Source: Naegleria gruberi
Lineage: Eukaryota
Assembly (NCBI GenBank): GCA_000004985.1
Contig: GG738860.1
Reading direction: 5' to 3' (one strand)
DNA length: 64,000 nt
Made by a program: the position numbers and the translations under genes. The notes under the pieces are model-generated. The model saw nothing but the letters and a program-made list of their open reading frames with translations. It had not been told where the DNA came from and made no database searches. Shown here piece after piece: positions 55,090 to 64,000 of this stretch; within the stretch, counting starts at the first letter, position 1; each line of letters opens with the position of its first letter.

Positions 55090-57468
55090 TTACTTGTTTT
55101 TATTTTGTGGTCTTGGAAGAGATTGTTTCAAATTGTCAATACGTAAATATGGACATCTGAAGAAAACCAACTTCTTTTCACCAACCATGATTGGAATGAC
55201 AAGATAAGGTTTAGCAGAACTAGTAAGAAACTTGTCAATTACATCTAAAAAGTCATGAGTTAAATTGTAACAATCAGAGACTTTGAGATTGATGATATTT
55301 GACAGTGGTGTTCCCTTTCTTTCTGGGCTCGTTAACATGCTCAATAAACCATTATCCGAAAGTTTGGTTCCTGAAAAGTCAATTTCTGTTAAACATGGAA
55401 GTGAAGAAGGTTCAAATAATTGCTTACTAATCAAATAGTCTGGATCGCATTTGTTACAACTGTTGAGTTCCAATATTCTCAAGTATTTTGTCTGTCTCAA
55501 AATACTTTCGATTGCAATGTGAGTCACATCAAAGCAGAGTGCAAGCTTGAAATCTTGCAAATTTGTCAACTTTCTCAAATGGACCAATTTGAAAAATGCA
55601 TTATTTGATAACTGTCTACAATATCTCAAATCCAAATAAATTAATTTGGAACTGGCAAGGGATGAAATAGTTTCATCTTGAACCTCATTACATCCCATCA
55701 AACCTATGCTCTCCAAATTTGGAGCATTTGCGATTATAAATCTTATACTCTTATCACTTAACAAGTTTGCTCCATCAGCTTTGAAAACTTTCAGCTTTGG
55801 GAATACCAAATTTGCATTTTCATCATTTGGTAAAATATTTACAAGAGATTTACAGTCGCTAATATCTAAATAGGTTAAAGTTTTTCTCAAATTGAGGAGA
55901 GTATCACCAATTACAGAGTTGTTTCTACCAACAACTGATAAACCTTTCATCTTGAGTGTAGAAAGATTTGAAAGCTTGGACAACTTGGAAAGTTGAGCAT
56001 CTGAAATAGAAATGCGAGAAATGTCCAATTCACAAATACTAGACCATGAGTGAGTCCAAGTATCAAGAAAGACTAAATTTGTTGTACTGTCTGTGAGTGT
56101 CAACTTTTTAACATGTTGCAATTTTGGTAAATTCTCAACGAGCCTCGATTCAAATGCATCAGAATTGGCTTGATATAAATTACTAATGTCAAGAGAGGTG
56201 ACATTTGGGAATAAATGTACTATTGTTGGAAGATCATTGACTGAACCAGAAACGTTCACATCTAAAATGTTTGAAAACTTCTTTTGCCCAACAAAGCCCA
56301 AAAAGTGATGAACTTCTATTGTTTCTAATTGTGTCAAATTCAAACCGTCATAGATTTGATTAGATTGTTGTGTAACAATCAATTTGAGTTCTTTCAATTT
56401 CCCAAAGTTATTGTACATTTTACAAATAGAGTCTGTCTTCTCCTGTGTTGTATATTTAATGGAAAGGTTGGTAATATTTGGGAATAGATCATTTAAAATT
56501 GAGAGTAAATTACTTGTAACAACTGGAGTTTCCAAATGTAAACGTCTAAGATTTGGAAATGAAATATCTCTAATACTACTCAACTCTGATTCACTCGAGT
56601 CATAAAGACTCAAAGATCTTAAAAAGGAAGATGTCGATTGAATTTCTCTCAAACATCTTCTTCTCAAATCAGTATGTGCATCTCCATATACAGATATTGA
56701 TGAAAGTATTGGAAATTTCCTAACAAATTCCAACACATCCCCAGGTGTTGCAAATCTGAGCATACTCTTTGTAAAGTTCAATTGTAAACTCATTTCACTT
56801 TCAATAATAAATGAATTCCATTTCTGTGAAGCAACTCTAATAAATCTAAATCTCTCACTAAAATCCAAGAATGAGAAAATATCCTTCAACAAATCCTGTG
56901 GAATCATTGAAAGAATTGGTTTATCATTCACCAACACAACTTGTTCAATATTTTCTTCATACTGAACATTTTCCAATACTTGAAATTGACTCAAATTATT
57001 CAATTGGTTTGAATTAAACCTTGGAGAGAGTGGTGTATTACTTGCATTGGCCGTGCTATGAATACTTGAAGATGAAATTGATGGAGAAAGAATGGTTGGT
57101 GAGAGATCTCCTCCATTATTATTATTATTATAATAAGAAGTATTATTGTTGCTACCATTCTGTTGTTGTTGCTGATAGAAATGTTCCATCATTGGACTGT
57201 TACCATTGTGAGAACTGATATGACTTGGTGATTGATCGCCACTACCACTAATGAAATCATTATTAACTGATGATGGAGGTGAATTGTTATTGCTGCTGCT
57301 GTTGGTTGCTGTGGTTGTGGTGTTCATCATGATGCGAGAATTGTTGGGATGATCTTCAGAGTTGGTGGCAGAAACTCCACGAAAAATCAGGGAGGATAAT
57401 TTGGATAACATATGATTACTAGAAGAATAGAATAAATATTTTAGATGATTGTTGATAATAAGATACAC
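55090..57468 (-). CDS. F-box / LRR-repeat protein (FBXL-like, cysteine-containing LRRs) with an N/Q/S-rich N-terminus.
   Basis: 792-aa ORF. F-box: IPQDLLKDIFSFLDFSERFRFIRVASQKWNSFI. More than 15 LRR units follow (LxxLxLxxCxxItD). Confidence 0.75.
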   Translation of the reverse strand: MYLIINNHLKYLFYSSSNHMLSKLSSLIFRGVSATNSEDHPNNSRIMMNTTTTATNSSSNNNSPPSSVNNDFISGSGDQSPSHISSHNGNSPMMEHFYQQQQQNGSNNNTSYYNNNNNGGDLSPTILSPSISSSSIHSTANASNTPLSPRFNSNQLNNLSQFQVLENVQYEENIEQVVLVNDKPILSMIPQDLLKDIFSFLDFSERFRFIRVASQKWNSFIIESEMSLQLNFTKSMLRFATPGDVLEFVRKFPILSSISVYGDAHTDLRRRCLREIQSTSSFLRSLSLYDSSESELSSIRDISFPNLRRLHLETPVVTSNLLSILNDLFPNITNLSIKYTTQEKTDSICKMYNNFGKLKELKLIVTQQSNQIYDGLNLTQLETIEVHHFLGFVGQKKFSNILDVNVSGSVNDLPTIVHLFPNVTSLDISNLYQANSDAFESRLVENLPKLQHVKKLTLTDSTTNLVFLDTWTHSWSSICELDISRISISDAQLSKLSKLSNLSTLKMKGLSVVGRNNSVIGDTLLNLRKTLTYLDISDCKSLVNILPNDENANLVFPKLKVFKADGANLLSDKSIRFIIANAPNLESIGLMGCNEVQDETISSLASSKLIYLDLRYCRQLSNNAFFKLVHLRKLTNLQDFKLALCFDVTHIAIESILRQTKYLRILELNSCNKCDPDYLISKQLFEPSSLPCLTEIDFSGTKLSDNGLLSMLTSPERKGTPLSNIINLKVSDCYNLTHDFLDVIDKFLTSSAKPYLVIPIMVGEKKLVFFRCPYLRIDNLKQSLPRPQNKNK

Positions 57469-58282
57469 AAAACGCGTGTTATTGTTGTAGGTTATGATGA
57501 TTAGAAGTTTGTATTTTAAAAACTTCTTTTTAGAAACTAGCAGAAAGGCCTTGTAGAATTCTATTAGAAACTATAATGAAAATTCTATTACGCTGATGAT
57601 GATGATATTATTCTTTATTCTACAATACGAAACCTTTCGATAAGAGAGAGCGAATGAACCTCTCAAAGGATGACTAACTTTTTTTTGTTGTGAATTTCAT
57701 TTCGTGAATAACCACGGATGACAAGTCATCGAAGCTGTTTGATGGACCAATGACATGTTCAAAGCCGAAAGTCAAAAGAAACAACTATCAGTACTCATTG
57801 AAAAGATTCGAATGGTATTCATGTTTTCAATATAATGTTTCGAATACTAAAGTTATAATATTTTAGCATGCACATGTATCATTAAAAAGTGATAAAAAGG
57901 TAACAAGTTACATTTTATCAATAATTTCCGATAAAGAAGGAGAGATTTAAATTGGGTCACACCCTTCCAATCTTTGAGCGTTACCAAATAGATGAAAAAT
58001 CAACAATTTGAGGAAAGGTTTGGTTATGAAAATTGAACTCTCAATTTTTTACAAGTGATTGGAATGGATAGGGAATGGGCATCCAAGTATTCCAATACAT
58101 GTTTTTTCAATAATTATATGAACAAGTTGCGAGAAAAATTATAGATTCCTAAACCGTGAGTGGTTAAATTTGCAATGATCTATTAAAATTTACTTTATTC
58201 AATTCAAAATCTTTCAAAAATCAACAATTTCTCTTTAAAATTCAGTTTTTAGCATGGAATATTTAAATATTTTTTTTAAAAA

Positions 58283-59635
58283 ATGAATGAACACAATGCC
58301 AACAATTCCGATGCTTCTGGAAAATCATCAACAACAATAACAACTCCTCAAGTCGTTCAGATGATTAGCAGCGATGGTTTGGGAGGTAGTATTAAATCTA
58401 TTCAAACTATTAATAATTCAGTAGAAGCAACAACAAATGGAGGGGAACATCATCCCGATATTGAAACTCATTGGAATAAATTGGATAAGACCAAGTATTA
58501 TTCTATTGGAGTGGTTGCTTCCTATGGTTTACGTTCAATATTCTTTCCTATTAGTTTAATTGGAGCCCATCAAGTTGCAAATTTGCATGTAATGTATTAT
58601 TATTCGGAATTAAAATACTTAATATATGCTTAATATTAATTATAATATAATATATAACATAATAATTTTGGTTGGAATTTAATGATATTGACAATATTAA
58701 ACAGGCTCATGAATCCATGTCAACAGTTGCCAAGAGAATTTATTCACAACAGGGAATAAGAGGATTTTATAGAGGGTATTTTACAGCTGCCTCTGGTAAA
58801 TGTATGGTGCAATTCACATACTTGAGCTCATTGGAGTTAATCAATCAATATTTGGTTTCAAAGAGGAATGATGAGGGAATTTTCGGACATTTAACAACCT
58901 TCCAAAGACAAGCTGTTGGTATGTTTCATTCTTCTTTATTATTGTGAACTGTTGATAGCTGGATTATTGGCTGAGATGCTTTCAAACTTTATTGTGGTTC
59001 CTTTTGATGTGGTCTCACAAAGAATGATGATTTCAAATGTGACCCATCCAAATGAACATGTGAAATTATCGAGTGTTATCAAGGAAGTTTGGAGAATGGA
59101 AGGATTAAGAGGATTTTACAGAGGAATGCTTACTACATTAGCAACATATGGACCAGGTAAGATTCAACAGCCTTTATTTTTCTAATATGAATGAATAATA
59201 TTCGTGACAATTTAAATCTATGTGTATTTTACAGAGAGTGCATTTTGTTGGGGAACTTTTAGTGCTCTCAGAGAAAACATGTCAGATAAATTGGCTCCAC
59301 AATTTAAGAGAGATTTTGATTTGATGGTTGTGACTTCTGTAATCTCTGGAGCTTGTACTGGATTTTTATCAGCATTAATTTTCCATCCATGGGATATTAT
59401 AAGATTGAGAATTCAAACAGGCATTTCCTCTTCAGAGAGCGATAGTTTGAACCAACACAAATTTGGAACCTCTTCTGTGAGGCAAGTTGTGGTTGATTTG
59501 TTAAAAAGAGAAGGTTGGAGAGGATTTACTAAGGGAATATTCTCCAAGGTAATGTACAACTCTGGAACATGTTCGTTAGCAATGACAGTTTACTCAGTTT
59601 TGAAATGGACGTCTCGTAAACAGGAGAGTGATTAA
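58283..59635 (+). CDS. Mitochondrial carrier (SLC25) family protein. Four exons: join(58283..58588, 58705..58918, 58959..59156, 59235..59635).
   Basis: Carrier signatures PFDVVSQRMMI and HPWDIIRLRIQT, plus GIRGFYRG / GLRGFYRG motifs. Introns are GTAATG...AACAG (116 nt), GTATGT...GATAG (40 nt) and GTAAGA...TTACAG (78 nt). The phases are consistent and give 372 aa. Confidence 0.7.
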
Positions 59636-59636
59636 T

Positions 59637-62600
59637 TTATTGGTAGGCGCTATTCATCATGTAAAGAACATGATCAATTGTAATATTTCTAAATATTGAG
59701 ACTGTTGTTGGATTTGTGGGGACTGATTGCACATTTTGTTTTTTGCTCATAATAAGGTTCATTGTCATTGAGGTACTGAAATTCATCAAACTTAAAAAGT
59801 GACTATACCATTTCAAACTTTGTATTGTTGTTGGGAATTTGAATTCTACAACTCTACAGTTGTCTTGGTCCATCTTGATGACTATCTTTACAATACCTTC
59901 TATGGTTAAATGTAAAAGATCTGGTTGTTGTTTCAACATGTTTTGTGGAGGATAGTGATCAATCTTTAAAATTTGTGACATGTCCGAAAGGACAAGCTCC
60001 AATCTAGAAATACCAAAATAAATTGAACCATCATTGCAGAAGCAAATTCTTCCAGTTTTGGTATTTTCGTCCACTTGAATGAGTGAATCACTTCTCACAC
60101 TATCGTCCAATGATGAAATTTTGGAAAAGAAAAATGAGGCTTTACAAAAAGTGCTTTGGGTAAGAACGACATGTTTGTGAGATTCTTGATCTGCCAATAA
60201 GGATGATGGAACTTCAGAGAAAGACTCGATTTTTCTCAGTCTGAAAGTGGAATATTGGTTGAATTGATTAATAGTTCTGAACCATGAAAGGAATTTTTTG
60301 AGTGTTTCTGGGTTGAGCAATGTATCTGGAATGTTCAACTTGTCTTGTTGAATTTCAACGAGTTGTTGATACACTCTGTCTCCATCTTGTTTGGAGAAGA
60401 ACATTCCACTCTCGAATGTAATCATTGAGAACATTTCCTTTGAAATATTAACACAAGCAACCTCCTCATCCTTCTTTTTCTTTACAAATATGCTTGCACT
60501 TCTCCTTCTTAGACTTGATGCCTTGTTGATAGATTCGATATTCTTTGGTATGAGTTGTTGTTCAATTCTGGAGAAGTTAATATAGGGCAGCGATAAAAGA
60601 ATAGAACCATTCTTGGTGTTAATATTTGCAGTCCTACTGGATGGCACTTGTGATTGAAGTGGTGAATCGGTTGTGACATCAGTGAACGATAATGATCTAC
60701 GTTTGGTGAGAGGAGTTTGTAGGCCTTCAATATCATCATTTTCTGGTGGTGAGCTTGGAGAAACATCTTCAGTATCGTCTGGTAAAATAATTGATTCATT
60801 AGGAAGAGAAGAAGCAAGAGGGGTATCATTATTTTCTTCAAATGAGAAGGCATCAGTTTCTCCAGCTTCATCCAAATATTCGTGGAAGGATGTTCTTCTT
60901 CCACTCTTAATTGAAACATCTATGGTCTTGGATTGTTCAAATATTGATTTCACATCAGTGACATGACTTTGGTGCATTTCCATGATAATCTTTTCTAAAA
61001 AGCTTAATCTGTAATTGTCCTCAGGAGTTTGAATGTATTGAGTTTTCATCTTGGCTATATATTGTGAGAGGTTCTTCTTTGGGATTCGGAGAATGATCGA
61101 TTCAAACCATTCCCTCTTTATGAGCCTTTCATCCATACAGGTAGTAATACATTCGAGGGTATCTTCTAAGCATTTTATGTATTGCTCCTTTCTCTCATAA
61201 ATGAATGCTCTCATAAGTACAAGCCTAGATTTTACATAGTTCAATAAAATTTCATTATTACCTAGTGAGTGGGTATTATCTATTTTGTTCTCTATCCATA
61301 AAAGAAGAGAATCATTTGGATTGGATTGAGGTACTATTGAGTTTTCAAATAAATTAACATCAAAGTCGAGCAATGTGTTGGTACCAGAATAGTCGCTTGG
61401 CAATATCAGGTTTTTGTAATTTACCAATTGTTCCATCTCTCTATTTACGAATATCGAAAAGCAGAGCTCTTGGTAAAAGTATTGCTCCTCCATTCCGTGA
61501 TTGAGAAGCTCTGAAAATATCTGATTATTAAACAAATTTCTGAGAAATTCTTTAAGACGAATATCAATATCCTCTGCTTCTTCAGTAACATATTTCTTGA
61601 TATTGTCAATATAATCATTTTCGTTTCTCTTGTTTTTCTTTACCCATTTACGAGTAAGAATGTGAATATTTAAAGGTGAGAGTAATTTACAATAGAGTGA
61701 GGTAAAGGCTTCCCGAATTTTGGTGTCAGTAGAGGAATTTTGTTCATTCTGTGTGTAGGCAGCTCCTTGTAAAAAGTCCATTGTTTTGAAGGATGGCTTT
61801 TGGATAATTTTAAGTTTTTCAATTAATTGAAATCTGTATGGTTCTGGGAACTTGAATTCTCTTTCTGGAGATTTTCCATATAAGAACATGGAATTATCAA
61901 TATCTAGAACTATTAAACTCTTATCATGCTCGGTTTCTCCATTACTAATTTTTGCTGTTTGCTCAAACATTCTATTTTGTTGTTCAATTACTGAGAAGAG
62001 TTCTCTCTTGAGACTTCCATGAACACCCACAATATATGGCACGGGTGAAAGAATGGTTTCCAAAAGTTGTACAGGCAAATGTGGGATGAATGCAAACATG
62101 AGTGGAAATTGGAAAGGATATAATAGAATTCTAAGAGCTTCTGCACAGTAAGTCATGAGAGCAACACTATCACTAACGAGAATGATTTTCTTTTCGAGAA
62201 GGATAAGATTAATCAAATCAACAATCATCTCCTCAGATAAAACTCGGAATATAGTTTGAGATATGGAAATCTTTTTTCAGATTGACCTTGTTAAAATTGA
62301 AAATGTTTGAAAACAACATACATTACAAAAAGGTAACTCCTCCACATCTGGGAATCTAAGTGAATATTTCTTCTTTAAGGGTCTAAAACTCACAGAGCTA
62401 ATTCTAGAGGGTGCAGGTATTGGTACCTTATTCAGTAGCATATCTATTGTTCTTTGAAAAGCTGCCTTTTTGAGGGGAAGTTTGTCATCATTTGGGAATG
62501 TGGATCCATTGTTAAGTGTTGTGCTTTGATTTCTCATTTGTTCTTCTCTAAAACCCTTATTCAGAAAAATATCAAAAATTCCACAATTAAACATTTCAAG

Positions 62601-63611
62601 AACCATCTCTTTCAATAAATCATAAATTGGCAAAGAACTCTCAAATACTATTGCCACTTTTTCCAATTGATTATCAATTCTCAAACAAAAACAATAACAT
62701 TCATTCTTGAAAAAGTCTGTAGTAACAAATGGAAATAATTGTACAACAATTTCATCTCTATTTACATTATTCATGAGTGATGATTGTGATGTTGTTGGTG
62801 GAACTACTATCTTTGAATCTCTTGCAACATAACTCTCCTTGTTTTCATGTTGAGAATAGAAACAAAAGAGAGGCATGGATTTTAAATTTACCATCTTATC
62901 CTGTGATAGTACAGAAGGAAAGGTATAGACCAAATCTGCCTGTGGAGATGCAAACTTTTTCGGATTGAAACTCTCCTTCTGATTCGATTTTAAATGTTGT
63001 TGATAATTCATCACAGATGTTGATTCTGGTCTCTGAAAATCCAATGATGTTTTCTTCAAGGCAGGTGATGAAAAGCTCTTTCCCAACAATGATGGAGATG
63101 AAGGCTTGCTGCTATTATTCCTAGAAAATGATGAAGATGCTGATGAAACAATCGGAGAGGAAACAGGTGTAGAAGGTTGGCTGCTAAAACTATTCATAAA
63201 TAATTGATTTGAAACAGGTTGAGGAGATCCCACCTTCATCCGAGAAGACGATCCATTCAAAACACTCCCAAACAAATCACCATTCTGTTGTTGTTGTTGT
63301 TGCTGCTGGAGTTGTTCAGGTAATACAAACACGGCTACAGTCGATAAGAGAACTGCCGCTTTGGTGCTCATTTTTTCAAGATGAGAAAGAAGAGTGCTGT
63401 TACGAATAGACATACGATCCAAGAGTTTTGATGAGATATTTGAATAGGAAAGATGGACAAATTGAGAATGTACATGGATACTCGAAAGATTGTTAGAATG
63501 TTGCTGCTGGCAATAAGAAATGGTGGATGTCAATGGTTTTCTTAAATTTGGAATATTGTATGGAAATGTTGAATGAGTAAGATGGATTGTCCAGTTGATT
63601 TGTTTATCCAA
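59637..63611 (-). CDS. DENN-domain protein (uDENN + cDENN) with a long S/Q-rich N-terminus. A single in-frame TGA at 62277-62279 interrupts the reading frame.
   Basis: The upstream ORF has uDENN-like YTFPSVLSQDKMVNLKSMPLFCFYSQHEN and AIVFESSLPIYDLLKEMVLEMF. The downstream ORF has the cDENN core LILLEKKIILVSDSVALMTYCAEALRILLYPFQFPLMFAFIPHLPVQLLETILSPVPYIVGVHGS. Both ORFs are in the same frame, separated only by ...TRSI-TGA-KKISISQTIFRVLSEEM... Confidence 0.7.
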
Positions 63612-63769
63612 AGAAAGTAAGGGCTTTAATAGATAATTTCCTTCTGGAATTTTTCGTATTTCTCAAATATTTGAACTGTGTTCTCTCCATGTTTGAAAAT
63701 ATGATTCTAAATTTAGTTCGCACATTCAATAAGTCAATTATTGAATGAAGGAATTCAATATTATTAAAA

Positions 63770-64000
63770 TCAATTATCCACCGAGAAGATTATTTGATTG
63801 TCTCCATCGACAGCTCTCTCAATTGAAGTTGTAACTTTTGGAATAATCTTTTGAGTCATATGATTCATGCAAAAATAGGTCATTAGCAATTTCTCATTAA
63901 CAGTCGTGAGAATAACCAAAATGATTGGCTGTTTGGAATCTAAGGCTTGTCGAACAGCATGTTCACTGAAACCTGAATAACTCACAAACACGCCAACTAC
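63770..64000 (-). CDS. C-terminal fragment of a gene whose start lies beyond the window edge.
   Basis: The frame is open from the window edge (VVGVFVSYSGFSEHAVRQALDSKQPIILVILTTVNEKLL...SVDN*). No family assigned. Confidence 0.35.
   Translation of the reverse strand, partial: VVGVFVSYSGFSEHAVRQALDSKQPIILVILTTVNEKLLMTYFCMNHMTQKIIPKVTTSIERAVDGDNQIIFSVDN

Noticed and set aside
62277-62279. TGA reassigned to a sense codon, as in some ciliates, to explain the in-frame TGAs.
   Set aside because: Elsewhere TGA sits exactly where conserved proteins are expected to end, in the genes at 2548-3783 and 17301-19682. All strongly conserved genes (G-alpha, kinase, cathepsins, GSTZ, ubiquitin) contain no internal TGA. 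It cannot be fully excluded without genome-wide statistics.
1-64000. Prokaryotic-style systems such as CRISPR arrays, defence islands, operons and insertion sequences.
   Set aside because: The window is plainly eukaryotic, with spliceosomal introns, nuclear-type tRNAs, G-alpha, cathepsin B, ubiquitin and F-box genes. No direct-repeat/spacer arrays, transposase or integrase ORFs were seen.

Overview
This is a eukaryotic nuclear fragment, not prokaryotic: AT-rich, gene-dense (about 40 genes in 64 kb on both strands), standard genetic code with TAA, TAG and TGA all used as stops, and short GT-AG spliceosomal introns of 40-160 nt. I found four nuclear-type tRNA genes (Ser-GCU, Gly-GCC, Trp-CCA, Ala-UGC) and three runs of N, which are assembly gaps. 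The gene content is a large family of F-box/LRR proteins, two DUF4116-like repeat genes, a G-alpha, an RGS protein, a kinase, and Q/N/S-rich low-complexity proteins. This fits a free-living amoeboid protist such as a Naegleria-like heterolobosean, but that is inference only. Recognisable genes include GST-zeta (maleylacetoacetate isomerase), an EF-hand protein, a myristoylated Ser/Thr kinase with a 15-nt micro-exon, and a transmembrane RGS protein. There are also two cathepsin-B paralogs in inverted orientation around tRNA-Ser, a TPR/beta-helix/MYND protein, a Sel1-repeat protein, and a divergent di-ubiquitin. Further genes are a giant NHL/EGF receptor-like protein, an Hsp70-like ATPase, a mitochondrial-carrier gene, a DENN-domain gene broken by one in-frame TGA, and a secreted clan GH-A glycoside hydrolase broken by a frameshift or an odd intron. 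The most unusual locus is a heterotrimeric G-protein alpha subunit fused in one ORF to a C-terminal F-box/LRR module. Exon boundaries were derived by hand from splice signals and protein-motif continuity, so they should be treated as models.
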